Source of the DNA: Octopus sinensis
Lineage: Eukaryota
Reading direction: 5' to 3'
Length of the DNA: 64,000 bases
NCBI RefSeq assembly: GCF_006345805.1
Contig: NC_043012.1
Coordinates: forward strand, 45,446,001 to 45,510,000
Shown: positions 49,501-64,000 of the stretch, piece by piece
Layout: every line of letters starts with the position of its first letter
Numbering within the stretch: the first letter of the stretch is position 1
Notes under the pieces: generated by a model
The model's database searches: none
What the model saw: only the letters and a program-made list of their open reading frames with translations
What the model was told of the DNA's origin: nothing
Program-made: the position numbers and the translations under genes

Positions 49501-50925
49501 TAAGAGCAGTACTGATAAACAATTATTAGCTTCCCAATTTCCATTTTCTTCTTATACATATACCTATTATTTTAAGGAAATTCATTCCCCCCAAAATACT
49601 AGGTATTGAACCAGTATCTACTTGGATGAAACCATCCCTTCATGAGGTTAATCGAATGTATATATAAATCTAAGGGATACATTTTATTCCAGGTAGCATT
49701 TACGCGCTTCCCGATAACGATGTAGAATCTCGAAGAATAATCACATTTACCAATCGATTCCATAATGGATCGATTGAATAAAATATAGAACAAATTACTT
49801 CATAGATAATAATACTTTTACTCATTTGTACTGGTGAACCAAACTTCGGGTTTACAAATTCGATTCGTGTCGATTTGTTAAGTTACAGATTACTTGGATT
49901 TCGACATCTGTCACAAGTCTGTTTTGTTAGCCTGGATTATCTTTATTCAGGGAGCTTATCAAGTTTTTCGCGTGGATTCTTCATCCCTTTTCTCATTTAA
50001 CATATGCATATATATATGTACATAGTTACACACATACACCCCCCACACACATACATACAAAGACACACATATATATAGTTATGACTTCTGTGGTGTGTAC
50101 AAACGAGGAACCTTCTACGCAATCGATCGATCTGCAAAGAGCGCTCTAAAACATCACTGTATAATATCATGTAAATAAGTTTGATAATGTGATTCTGACT
50201 CTACGCATACTGGTAAGGCAAAATAGTCCTCAACGAACATTTTGATTGTAAGTCTGCTCGACCGGAGACAAATTAAAGTTAAAACGAATTAACTTCAGAG
50301 CCGCATAGACGAACTTCATTTTTTGTGTAATGGCTACGATATTTCACCGTATCATTTTACTTGAAATATATATTATATAGTCGGCTTATATGATTTTGCA
50401 ATACTATAAATTACTAGAACACGTGACATAACCAACGTCGGTATATAGTAAATTCCAAGATAGCATAAACTAGAAAAGAATTGACATAAGAAATAAGTGG
50501 TGTTTTACGTTTCGTACAGAACTTCACATCGTACTTTCTAAAATTATGTGGACGAATAAGGATGTGAATTATCATAAAATTTAGTCCGTTATATTTGTTT
50601 TATTAAGAAGTAAAAATACTAATATTGCTTTGATGTCAGTTGTAATTTTATCACAAAAATTTTACAGGATCGAAAATGACAATATAAAAATATTACCTCT
50701 TTAAAAATCAATTTTATGGCTATTTAAGATTATATTTAAAACCGTTTTAAAAGATTACTGACACATTGAACTGAATTTAGACATGAAAGCTATATTGCCT
50801 AGTTGTAAACATAATACGACTCTTGGCGTTCAGTTTTCGAAATCTCTCTGTATAATAGTAATCAGTATACTCGTTGGTCAGGTACTTGGTTAAATAATCC
50901 ACTCATGTTTTACATTAGAGACACT

Positions 50926-51014
<89 letters not shown>

Positions 51015-51356
51015 CAGAGACCAAGAGTGAAATAGAGTAGAAGAGATACGTAGATAGTTAACATAAAAAATTTGAAATTGGTGGGTGGCAGATATCATAA
51101 ATGTAGTCCATAGACACCAAATGTATGACACAGTCTTCTTCATTTACGTTCTTACATACATGCAAACTTCTGTCTACCATACACACACACGCGCATACGC
51201 ACACACACGCATACGCACACATTCATTCAGGCACACACATATAGACATTACTGTGATGTAGAATGTTGAAGTTGACATGTAGTTCGTATGGATATGTAGT
51301 TCGTAGAGAGATGTAGAAAATCAATATATAGCAATATATGTGTGTGTGGTTTGTGA

Positions 51357-51565
51357 AGGTGGCGAACAGGCAGAATCGTTAGCACAGCTGGCAGTGTGCT
51401 TAGCGGCAGTTCGTCCGTTTATACGCTCTGTGTTCAAATTCTGCTGAGGTCGACTTCACCGTTCATCCTTTCGAGCTCTATAGAATAAGTACCATTTGTA
51501 CTAAGATCTATGTAAATGACTTACCACACCCCTCTGAAATTGCTAGCATTTATGTCAAAACTTAT
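51357..51565 (+). mobile_element. tRNA-derived SINE (OK-like)
   Basis: GGCAGAATCGTTAGCAC...GTTCAAATTCTGCTGAGGTCGAC, collinear with 28882-29102. Confidence 0.8.
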
Positions 51566-52380
51566 AATCAATATATGCGTGTGTGTACGTGTATATGTGC
51601 TTATATGTGTTTGCACGGATCTATTTTACAATAAGAGAATAAATACATAGCTATATTAATGTCTTTCAGACTCGAGTGAAAATCTTTATAGAGCATTAGT
51701 AATTAGGGAAGGTGAGTGAGTATTGTTATACAATATATTTAGTTACTCCTCACTTAAAGCGATACAATGTCAACTTGAACCAAGTACAGAACATCGGATA
51801 ATTTGATTTTGATTCACAAAGAATCAAAGGATGAACATATCCTCCAGACAATTACTGTAGTATTCAGCCGCAGTTACGAAACCTTTATGTAAATAACCAT
51901 TCCTTCATTATGCAAATATTTCTCAGACATGGTTACTTTTATGCGAGAGCCAATGACACGTTATAGATTTATTTCTGTTCCATAATTTATATATTAATTG
52001 ATATTCTGATATTAACAATAATTTACAAAGGCGGTTTAAGCTGTGGATTCATGACATATAATGGATATTAATTACATGGTAATTAGAATTCTTTGTTTAG
52101 CAGAAAGCAGACTTTAAATGCAAAAGTCTAAGCACTATATGTCACTGTTTTATTTATCATTATTCTATTTACCATAATTTTATCATTATCGCCTCTTTCC
52201 TATCTTTAGAATGTATTGAATCCTTGCAATATCAGTATGCTGATCAGCTGTGATTGGAATTATGCAGTAATGGATTGCACTTATAAAAAATCGGGTGATG
52301 TGAATTTGCTGTTTACATCCTTTTAGAAATATATTTTCAAAATTCTTATCCAAACACAATCAATAAATCAATCAATGTAC

Positions 52381-52484
<104 letters not shown>

Positions 52485-53009
52485 GTCTGTCTAACTGTCT
52501 ATCTCATCTCTGCCTTTTTCTATTTCATACACGTAGGACTGCAGTGCACCCACAAAAATATACATAAAATTATGTATAAAACCAGTGAAGATTAATGAAT
52601 TACTCATTATTAGCTCTGGTACGATATTTCGTAAACACTGTTATCTGGGAAAATCACTCGGTCCTGTCGTTATTCATTTACATGACTCATTGATATATTA
52701 AATTGATGTAATCTCTGCGCATAGATAAAATGCATAACCGTTTCTGCTTGGATTTGTAGTGTTATAAAAATTGGGATTACTTTTGTACCTTCCAATACGA
52801 TTTGTTAAAAGTTTAGCATATTTTGTGTCAATAAATTCTCGGTATGCTTAACGTTTACAGACATTCTAAAATTCGAAAGATTACTCGCAATTGTTTAAAT
52901 GTTTTCAAACTAATTATGTATATATTAAATGGTATATACGAGTATATATATGAACATATATACACTCAGAAATATGTATGTTTATAGGCATGTGAGTAAT
53001 GTATGTATC

Positions 53010-53210
53010 TTTTATCATTATCCGTAACTTGTTTCAGTTTTTAGACTGCAGCCCCGCAGCGGTACCGCCCTCGAAATTTTAATGGATAAAGTGGACTCCA
53101 GTACATACCTTTAAGTTTGATACATATTCCATCGGTCACTTTTGCAAAAGTTACGAGTACGTGAACAAGGCAAAATCCAATGTCAAGCGATGATGGTGGA
53201 GAAATACAAA
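53010..53210 (-). mobile_element. Probable decayed SINE
   Basis: The reverse complement resembles the central/3' part of the OK-like SINEs in this window; degraded. Confidence 0.4.
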
Positions 53211-53560
53211 GTTACATGCATACATGTATACAAGCAATCGCACATACATAGGCAGATAAAGACATAAATGGATAGACAGATAACTAGACTAATAGTTGAA
53301 TAGATAGATAGACACATACACCCCCCTCACACACACACACACACACAGATATATATGGGAGGTATTGGTATCCAGAAGACGCAAATGGGAGGTAAATCTA
53401 TGTAAGTGCTATGGAAGGACCGTAGCTAAGCTCTCGGTTCAATAATAATACGAGTGAGGAATCTAATGCTGCTCTTGTGTGAGCATGTATATGTTAAGTG
53501 AAATGTGACAAAAAATCCAAGGTTGTGTGGAATTTTCAAGTTGTATATAAAGAGAAGTAA

Positions 53561-53608
53561 GTCTTACAGCTGTTTCGGGGATATTAGGGATATCCCTTCA
53601 ACAGAGAC
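53561..53608 (-). ncRNA. Minimal type I hammerhead motif (A6U in this copy)
   Basis: Minus strand: GTCT-CTGTTGA-AGGGATAT/ATATCCCC-GAAA-CAGCTG-TA-AGAC; palindromic stem III and GUA triplet. Confidence 0.55.
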
Positions 53609-54421
53609 GATGTGAGATGGTTCAATAAAGGGAAATATTAGACTTTAATATACGAAGTTATTTTGGAAAAGGATGGGAATAACAAGTATATAGGGAAATA
53701 AGAGAATAAAAGTAAAAATAAAAATAACTGTCGGATGTTGTAGTTGCAGCTCCATTATACAAAGAAAGTGATGTGTAGGATTGGTAGAAATGATTCTTGT
53801 CCATGTTATGTAAATTCCGATAAGAATTCATATTTTGTCATTACAAATGGAAAGTGTGGAGATGTAGATTCCATGTGCTGTTCATTCAAAGTAGTCTTGT
53901 GATGTGAATGAAATTTTGAGAATGTAGTGGTACTATTAAGTAGATAGAAAGGAGAGAAAAGATGTGCACGTCAAAGTGAATGGTCAAAAGGAATGGTGAG
54001 GAAAGAAGGAATGAGGAATGCGGAAGAGAAGATGAAAAATAAGTGTTAGTTGGTGGTCAAGATATTATAAGGGGGATGGGAGAGTTGTAGAGGAGGGATA
54101 GGAAGAGATAAGAACGTAAGAAATGAATATGTGTGAGGAGTGGGAGGTGGGGTGATATGTTTGAAAGACACCAAGAACATGGTACGGGGGTGGGTTACTA
54201 AAGTGAGTAGTGAACCTCAAAAGGGAAGAGAAGAATAATCAGATATAATGGTCAAGTTTCTAAAAATAGACGAAGTTTCTAAGAATAGTGGGGGTGGAGG
54301 AATCAGAGAAAGAAAGAAGTGTATACTGATTTACGCATGCGCGCACACCCATACATATACGTGTGTATATGTACTATTATTGAGGCCTGCATACTTATGT
54401 ATTTAAACTTGTGCGCATATA

Positions 54422-54486
<65 letters not shown>

Positions 54487-56317
54487 ACATACAAACACCC
54501 ATAGATATATGCATACCCACATAGACACGCGTATATATACACACATGAACATACATACATACATACATACATACATACATAGTATACACACACACACATA
54601 TATATCCACTCACATGCACGCATACATGTATACATGTCCATATATGTATTATTAAACAATGAAAAAGTAAGATTGGAGAGTTAAATTAAAAACGGAGACG
54701 ATGGAAAGTCAAATAGGTTGCTGGAGATTGCCTAAGGGTGTTCGGGATATGTACTGTGCGGTGATTTAGGTTGCAGAAAATGTGTTATAATTACCAAAGT
54801 ATAATTAAGGACAGCGCCATATGAAAATGATGAGATATTCTCAGGAATCCCGAATACTTCAAAGATGATTAGCTATTAATGAAAAGACCAGGCTTATTGT
54901 CTGAAGATGAGAGGACGATATCCATCATGACAATTATCCTAACTTATCTCTATTAGTCAAGGCACTTAGGCATATACAAGACGTGTAGAGTACATTTATG
55001 CATAATTTAAACGAAAAAAAATTGTTGGTTACTACAGACATGGTAGGACAATTGTCATACTGAAAATAACTTACGAGGCAGAAGCGTAAATAATTTCGAT
55101 AAATAAGGAATTAATATTTTACGGTATTTGAAATATCTGCATATGTGTCGATGGTATTTAAAATGTATCCGACATTTTATCTAGAATTTTGTTTGTATCT
55201 GGTACAGAGGGGAAATATTTTTGACTAACATCGTAGCAATTAACTGTGAAATAAGATAGAAATGTTCCTATGCTTGAAATTACGTTTTAGTATCGAAATG
55301 TCGCAAGTTTAACTGGTCATAGTCAAGTGTAAAGTAATTATACAAATAAGAACTTGTACACGTAATTTGACAGATAGATATGTAATACATAGTAAAAAAG
55401 TATAGAATTCTATAACAATACATCATTATAAAAATTTAGAAATCGTGCATTTAAGTGAAGACAGACGTAATTATGCAAGATATATAACAGAAAATAATTA
55501 AAGGTGTTCGAGATGACATGACTTATAGAACGCTGTTCATGTCATATAATTTCAATGCTTCATAAAGTAGATTCATATTATTTGTCACTAAACGAAAATG
55601 CTTGCATAGTCGACTACCCACTTTCTTTTAAAAATCCCTTGCTCTATAACTCTCACTCAATCGATACTTGAAGGAACCAGCCCGTTTAATGAATCAAACT
55701 ATAAATGTATTTTTCCTACATCATCCAGTCAATCATTCACTAAATACGTCAATCTGTAAGACAGTTAATGCATCAATCAGTTAATTAGTCAATCAATCAG
55801 TCTATATTAATCAAGCAATATTTGAACCGTCAGTGTGTTCAGCAATAAAGGATTCTGTAAGTACATCAACCAATCATACATTTAACGCATTAATCATTGA
55901 ATCGGTCAGTTGTAAACATTAGTTAGTATGAATTCTTGAAATAATTATTGAACAATAGTGTTTAATATAACAGTACATACTCCATCCTCTTTGAAGTGTT
56001 TTTACAACTATGTGCTGAAGCAGGTCTTTAAAAGTTTTCTCAGATTCAAGTTTTTTTACTGTATACAAAGTTTACAGATAAAAATGCTCGAGAAAACAAA
56101 AATATTAAATAAAGGGAAAATGAATGTATTTCTCAGATAAATAGCACTCTTGTCCATCTAAATAACTTGAAGGAACAGGTTCTTCAATAAACGTATTTTA
56201 TCTTCATGATGTTTTGATGAGACTACAGGTTCAGGCAGTTTTTGTTCGTGCTATCATAATGTTTGCTATTATGTCCGTGATGGCAGTCTTCCACGAACAA
56301 CTGGTACTGTGGTGTTG

Positions 56318-56510
56318 TCAGCTGGGCTTCCTCACGACCACATTCCCAGACGTAGTATTCCATGAGTTAAAATCAGGTGCTAAGAGGCTATCTTTTGAAT
56401 CGTATCGTGGCCTTGATATGCCTTGCGAGTCCTCTTTATCGCGAGGACCATGTAAAGGAAAGAAATAGTGATTCAACAACCTATTCAGTACCTTAATACA
56501 GGTAGTATTA
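56318..56510 (-). other. Possible terminal coding exon or decayed coding remnant, product unknown
   Basis: Open frame NTTCIKVLNRLLNHYFFPLHGPRDKEDSQGISRPRYDSKDSLLAPDFNSWNTTSGNVVVRKPS* after a pyrimidine tract and TTTCAG; no recognised homology. Confidence 0.2.
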
Positions 56511-58264
56511 CTGAAACTCAGAACTTGAGGAGAGAGAGAGAGGGGGGGGAAGAGTGAGAGACAGAGTGAGAGAGAGAGGCATTAAGACATGGCTCTCTTT
56601 GACGCTCGTTTGAATCAATAAAAATGGTGAGAACTTCGTGTGAATCACTGTGGGTATCTCTGTGACGTTTGTGCAGAGCTATCAAGTATTCTTCTTCAAA
56701 CTACCTAGAGATAATTTTCTAATCGGAGAATGATGGGTGTCTGATAGTACTTGAACTTGATTTTTATGTGCTGCCATATGAAACACTCTTTTCTCCCCAC
56801 GTAGGAATTCCTTATTTGGAATCGTGCTACACAGTTTTTGACACTATCAAAGTCAGTAGATTTGCAATGTACCCTATCGAAATGATAGGATTGTTCTTAA
56901 AGGCGCTCTACATGCAAAAGTACTGCACAAGTACTGCTATTCTAGCGACGTTTGTTCACCGACAATATTACTTGATAATGATCATAGTTGGCAAAATAAT
57001 CTCAGAGGCCTCTGGAATTTCCCGATCTCCAGCATGAATACCAAGCGAATACACCTGATTAATTGTTGAATTAATATCTTCCGTGTTAATATTCTTCATA
57101 TGTATAAAAAGATAAAATGGCTAAAATCTGGCGTAAGTTGCGAGCGGCGCATCACAGCTGTGTTCAATCATACCCCGTGAATCTTGTGTCTCTAGATTCA
57201 GGTGAAAGTTTTCCTAAATGTCACGGAGATATATTTAAAATCTTAGAAAAAACTCGAACATATGTCTCAAAATTTAATATTTTGTGAGTAAAAATATTTT
57301 CAAGTCTTATGCACTTAGAATGAATTCATTACTATTCTACTGGTATTTGTATTGATACATATTGATATACTCGCAGCATATTTGACTTTGCCTGAATATT
57401 TATTTTAATAATATATGTGAATGCTGTTCTAGTAATTAAGTTCATCAAATTAGTTTCTGTTTTAAGTGAAAATTAGCGAAAACCTTGTTCTAAAAATAGT
57501 ATGAATTCAAAGATCTTTGTTCGTTTAGATGCATATTATTAATTTATATATCTAAGGTAGAGCAAATGAACTATTTTCTATATATTTATATGATGTGAAT
57601 AAAAAATTAAAATTACAAATAATTGTTTTAAAACAATCATACTTAAAATAAAGTATGTGAAAGTGTCAGTATAACTGGGGGTAAGAGATAGATAATGTAT
57701 GGCGTTACCTATATTATTGGCGGTATCTTCATGCAGAAAATTCGAAAGAATACAGCTCAATTATCGCTTTTTCTTTTGCTTCGCTCTCTTTTGATGCCGA
57801 AGAAACGTTTAACAATATCTACGTATCCAGACACCATGTATTTACTATGTTGTCATTATCAGAGTCAGTTAAATAATGGACATTATAAAACATTAAGATT
57901 TAGGAGACAATGTCCAGTACGTAATTAATCTTGTTTTAATAAAATTGCGAAATGATTACACTTACATCATTTAAAAATTTATATTAGAGACCTCAAACTC
58001 GAACGTTCTCATCTCGGCTCCTGAAAATAATTTTGAGATGCAGATTAGTACAACTATACCTGTGGTACTTTGTCTTTCGTTTATCAGATGTGATAGGATA
58101 GACAATATTATCTTTTTATCCTGTGAGATAAACATAGAAGTGATGGAGTCAAAAGTTTCCACAAACTGTATATTTTAACGTTCTTTCTTTCTTTCTTTCT
58201 ACTATATATATACACACACATATATATGTGTGTGTATGCGCGTGTGTAATAATAATAATGTATA

Positions 58265-58415
58265 AAATAGGGGTGAGAAGCTTGCTTCCCAACCATATGG
58301 TTCCAGGTTCATTCCCACTGCATGGAACCTTGGACAAGTGTCTTCTACTATAGCCTGGGACCGGCCAAAGACTTGTGAGTCTATTTGTTAGACACAGACT
58401 GAAAGAAGACCGTCG

Positions 58416-58416
<1 letters not shown>
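58265..58416 (+). mobile_element. tRNA-derived SINE (OR-like) ending in (TA)n
   Basis: Collinear with 10960-11125. Confidence 0.75.
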
Positions 58417-58444
<28 letters not shown>

Positions 58445-58446
<2 letters not shown>

Positions 58447-60040
58447 TGTCCGTGTTGTATTTTTCTACATACCTTAACATATATTCCAGGCGCCCCGTAC
58501 CCCCTTTATCATTAATGTGAACACATATTCTTAATAATTGGTACGACTCTCTGTTTGTCTCTCTCTCTCTCTCATTTTTACTTTCTCTCTATTCATCTTC
58601 TCTTTCCTCTGATCCTTTGGTCTAGTCTTCCACTACCCTCCTATTTCTTTGTCTCGCTCTGCACTCACAGGTCATTCTTCGACACCTATCCCTTCTCCTC
58701 TCTGATTCCTTCTTTCTCTCTCTTCTCTCTCTTTGTTGCGTTTTGTCCCCCTTTTCTCTCTCTCTCTTCTCTTTCTTTTCTTTTCCCTCTTCTCTGTCAC
58801 GTGACTGTTGGCCGAAATCTGCCTTTCAGCTCCTGACCCTCGTCGTGTTAACATCGTTGTTCTTCGTCCGCCGCTATAAAGGCTTTTTCCAATGCGCCAG
58901 AGAAAAAATTTGTTTGCTTGTTATCAGTCGTAAGACACTTGTTGTTTTCACCGTTAATGCTTCTGTATTTCATGTTTCTGTATTCCATTATTGTTTTTTG
59001 TTTTTTTTATATCTGTCCCTTTTGCTGTCCTGGTGTTCGTATGCATTCGATCCTTCTTCCAGGAAATCTACGCTTCCAGCTTAGTTTTTCTTGGAGGGCT
59101 GGCCGTGATCTAGTAATCTCAAGATTAATCAGCCGAAATTACTACGATGATCCGGTTCTTGACTGAAGACTGAGGGTTCGAATGTCCTGTCCATGTTTAT
59201 TGTATCGTCTTCTATGAGTTATACGTTCTTGTCCGTGTTGTATTTTTCTACATACCTTAACATATATTCCAGGCGCCCCGTACCCCCTTTATCATTAATG
59301 TGAACACATATTCTTAATAATTGGTACGACTCTCTGTTTGTCTCTCTCTCTCTCTCTCATTTTTACTTTCTCTCTATTCATCTTCTCTTTCCTCTGATCC
59401 TTTGGTCTAGTCTTCCACTACCCTCCTATTTCTTTGTCTCGCTCTGCACTCACAGGTCATTCTTCGACACCTATCCCTTCTCCTCTCTGATTCCTTCTTT
59501 CTCTCTCTTCTCTCTCTTTGTTGCGTTTTGTCCCCCTTTTCTCTCTCTCTCTTCTCTTTCTTTTCTTTTCCCTCTTCTCTGTCACGTGACTGTTGGCCGA
59601 AATCTGCCTTTCAGCTCCTGACCCTCGTCGTGTTAACATCGTTGTTCTTCGTCCGCCGCTATAAAGGCTTTTTCCAATGCGCCAGAGAAAAAATTTGTTT
59701 GCTTGTTATCAGTCGTAAGACACTTGTTGTTTTCACCGTTAATGCTTCTGTATTCATGTTTCTGTATTCCATTATTGTTTTTTGTTTTTTTATATCTGTC
59801 CCTTTTGCTGTCCTGGTGTTCGTATGCATTCGATCCTTCTTCCAGGAAATCTACGCTTCCAGCTTAGTTTTTCTTGGAGGGCTGGCCGTGATCTAGTAAT
59901 CTCAAGATTAATCAGCCGAAATTACTACGATGATCCGGTTCTTGACTGAAGACTGAGGGGTTCGAATGTCCTGTCCATGTTTATTGTATCGTCTTCTATG
60001 AGTTATACGTTCTTGTCCGTGTTGTATTTTTCTACATACC

Positions 60041-60044
<4 letters not shown>
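58445..60044. repeat. Head-to-tail 2.04-mer of a unit of about 783 bp, inserted in (TA)n
   Basis: CTTGTCCGTGTTGTATTTTTCTACATACCTTAA begins at 58445, 59228 and 60012; the units differ only by slippage-type indels on manual reading. Confidence 0.93.
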
Positions 60045-60078
<34 letters not shown>

Positions 60079-60101
60079 CACACACACACACACTCACACA
60101 T

Positions 60102-60132
<31 letters not shown>

Positions 60133-60186
60133 AATATATATGTATGTATACATATATATATATATATATTATATATATATATGTAT

Positions 60187-60242
<56 letters not shown>

Positions 60243-60272
60243 TTATATATATACGGTTCGAAATTTCCCCAA

Positions 60273-60318
60273 GACACCTGATGAAGGCTGGATGGTATAT
60301 CAGCCAAAACGTTGTGTT
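60273..60318 (+). ncRNA. Minimal type I hammerhead motif (G12A in this copy, probably inactive)
   Basis: ACAC-CTGATGA-A-GGCTG/CAGCC-AAAA-CG-TT-GTGT. Confidence 0.55.
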
Positions 60319-60956
60319 AACAACAAACAAGGTGAGGATAAATATCCGTCAAATGTAAATAATGTATATAATGTACATTATTCCTCATTTCTTAAATATA
60401 GAAGATGGAAGGAAGTCATAGATAAACAGGGAAAGTATATTGATGAGTAAATTTCAATTAAATATAACATTTGATCACTTGTTTTCGTTATTCAAAATTT
60501 GGACAGAACTTATGGGATGATCTGATACAGCGGCACTATATCTGGATTCTTTTATTGTTTAGAGTATCATTGGCTGAGCGCCTTGCTTTCAAATTTAATA
60601 TCAAATACTGATAATGTTAATCACCTATCAACCCTCCAAAACCATCCCCCTAAACTCCATTTCCACAGATAAGGAAACCACCTTATTAAAACCACACCTC
60701 TACCCTACCTCACTGGAGTTAGTTTGTGCAGGAAGAAGGTTGCTTGACCAACTCCAATATTCGCTCACTTTTCGATTGTTCAATGTACGAATTATTCCCG
60801 TGTTCACTTGATAATAAGACTGCTAAACGACAACAGACAAGTAAGTATAAAAAACAAACAAACAAACAAACAAAAAACAGGATTTAGAGTTTGATTTCGA
60901 CCCCTGCAACTAACTTCAACTTTCGTAGGCCGCGTACTGAAACCTATATATATATA

Positions 60957-61340
60957 GGAAGCGCAGTGGCCCAGTGGTTAGGGCAGCGGACTCGCGGTCG
61001 TAGGATCGCGGTTTCGATTCCCAGACCGGGCGTTGTGAGTGTTTATTGAGCGAAAACACCTAAAGCTCCACGAGGCTCCGGCAGGGGATGGTGGTGATCC
61101 CTGCTGTACTCTTTCACCACAACTTTCTCTCACTCTTACTTCCTGTTTCTGTTGTACCTGTAATTCAAAGGGCCGGCCTTGTCACTCTCTGTGTCACGCT
61201 GAATATCCCCGAGAACTACGTTAAGGGTACACGTGTCTGTGGAGTGCTCAGCCACTTACACGTTAATTTCACGAGCAGGCTGTTCCGTTGATTCGGATCA
61301 ACCGGAACCCTCGTCGTCGTAACTGACGGAGTGCTTCCAT
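60957..61340 (+). mobile_element. Young-looking tRNA-derived SINE (about 380 bp)
   Basis: A box TGGCCCAGTGG and B box GGTTTCGATTCC, followed by about 300 bp of non-tRNA body; CpG-rich. Confidence 0.8.
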
Positions 61341-61579
61341 TCCATATATATATAATTGAGAAAATGTATAGTAAATGCACAAACGAAAAAATATAGACGT
61401 ATGATAATTGCACAGATGAACGGAAAAACGTACAGAAAGAAAGATAGCATGAATAGAATTTAAATTTTAAAATCTCTTGTTCATCCATGAGGCATATTTA
61501 ATCACCGAGAATGGAAAATGATTCAACAAGCAATCGTACTATGGCAATGTGATATAATATATATATATATATATATATA

Positions 61580-61839
<260 letters not shown>

Positions 61840-61856
61840 ACATACATACATATATA

Positions 61857-61892
<36 letters not shown>

Positions 61893-61903
61893 CATATATA
61901 TAC

Positions 61904-61934
<31 letters not shown>

Positions 61935-62222
61935 ATATATTATATATATATATATATATATATGTGCGTGTGTGTCTGTTGTCTGTGTTAGTGAGTGTAT
62001 ACGTGTGTGTTGGGGAGGGACTTGTCTCAAGTAAGTATTCAATACGTTCCATTTTCCGTTGCTGACTATATGCCACGTTGCCATAGTACCGATTACATGT
62101 TGATTCATTGTCCACTCTCGGTGATTAAATATGTCTCATGGATGAACAAAAGATTTAAAAATTTTATTCATCCTGCTTTTATGTCTCTCTCTCTCTCTCT
62201 TTCTCTATCTCTCTCTAAGTGA

Positions 62223-62254
<32 letters not shown>

Positions 62255-62446
62255 GTGTGTGTGTATATACATGTATATGTGTGTATATATATTCATATCA
62301 ACAGACACGTACTCATGTATCTATATATGTATATTTACGTATACTAATTCATGCATACACATATACACATACATGCTTCGTGTGTGTGAATATGTATACA
62401 TATGCGTGTGGGCATATACATATGTGTGTATATATGAATGTAGGTG

Positions 62447-62568
<122 letters not shown>

Positions 62569-62577
62569 ATATATAAT

Positions 62578-62612
<35 letters not shown>

Positions 62613-64000
62613 TAGATATAGATATATATGTATATTCCTAGCAATATAAATTTATACAATAACCTAGGTTGTAAACGGTATTTTTAGATACATTAAAATG
62701 ATTAATGAAATACGAAGGAGAACAAACTGTTGCAGATCAATCAAAACGATGTTTAAGATAAATTCTGTATTGCTTTTAATGTGATTAAATCTGATTAAAA
62801 GTATATTAATAACTTAAAATACTTGGATTTTGGTAGAACGTTTTACACAGAGTAACTTCGTATGACAAATATAGCAAATAGGAATTTTTTGTATGGGAAA
62901 ACGTAGGTAGCTTAACGTCAATTTTCAATTTTATAAGTTTGACAAATCTGCTATTCTTTTAAAAATATGACAAGATATTCTCTCGTGATTATTTTAATAA
63001 CTTGTTGCAGAATTGTAATGAGGTGAAGTTTTAAGTGTTAAAGAATTGAATGTATATATTTGTACATATATTTATTGTTGTAATCGCTTCATTCATTACT
63101 CAGCAGGGATAGGAATGCAATTTTCAGCCATAGTTGTCACTTTTATTGAATGTACTATTTTTTTAGTGCCTCTTTTAATCAACGTATTAAGGACGGAATT
63201 AAGATGGTTCTTCGTATGCAGCAAGTTAGCTAGACAGTGATGCTAATAGAAATCTGTAAAGCAGACACACATTCATGCGCACATACATAACCGCACACGT
63301 ACAGACACTCAAACGCAGGCGCACACACAGAAGCACACATGCACACACACACACACATATTTTTATTAATGAATCTTGATCACAACTGCCCGACAAACGA
63401 GAACATGAAACTCTGAGTAGCACTTAACTGTGATGTTTTTTGCAGCTTTAATAAAAACCACACTACTCTACCTTCGGTATACGAGTACTAATTTTTTCCA
63501 CCTTATTTTGCCTTTATGTACTTACTCGTGTTTGTGTGTGTGTGTTTGCGTGCGAGTATATATATATCAAGATATAGATATATATAGCAAGACACTATAT
63601 TTTCCCCTTTCCTCCACTTCACTCAGCTGTAGAAATGAGTTGTGACGTCAATGATGCCAAGCTGCATCTGCTTTTGTCATTCCCTTGGATAACATTGCTT
63701 GCGTGGAATGGGCAGGTTGGTATGCATGGGCGACTGCAGGTGTTCTATAAACAATTTTGCCAAGACTCATTCTTCGGAGGGAATGTTTCTAGGTGTAATC
63801 CAATAGTCATTCATGGGGCCATTACTCTTAAATATATATATATTTACACGTACATATATAAGTTGTATATAAAATGAAATTTTAGGTAGGAAAGTTTAAG
63901 GTGTAATATCCAAACCTTGCTATGGGAATGCCCCCCTTGCATTGCGCCTGCAGAGCATTTTCACTGCTTGCGGCCTCCAGGCATCATCCGAGTGAGTGCA

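Noticed and set aside
60960-61035. tRNA gene
   Set aside because: A and B boxes are present, but no clean cloverleaf or terminator, and it continues into a SINE body.

Overview
Gene-poor, AT-rich, microsatellite-dense animal genomic DNA. The SINE families and repeat content point to an octopod cephalopod, probably Octopus (inferred, not searched). I found no confidently supportable host gene, rRNA, tRNA or CRISPR array. Nearly all long ORFs in the supplied track are microsatellite translations or transposon-derived. Main contents: (1) Four copies of one Tx1/L1-clade LINE at 30.4-43.4 kb, each embedded in (TATC)n arrays, oriented with the array strand and lacking a poly(A) tail. (2) A young, C-rich Penelope-like RT/GIY-YIG fragment, plus decayed hAT, mariner, HERO-like, L2/CR1-group and SINE copies. 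(3) At least six short repeat families carrying minimal type I hammerhead-ribozyme motifs, including apparently compensatory U3-A8 and G3-C8 core variants; two families occur as outward-facing inverted pairs in long foldbacks. (4) A 2.3 kb AT-rich block with inverted and direct internal duplications and a faint organelle-like signature. Ribozyme activity, novelty and family names are inferred from reading the sequence and need the searches and assays listed.
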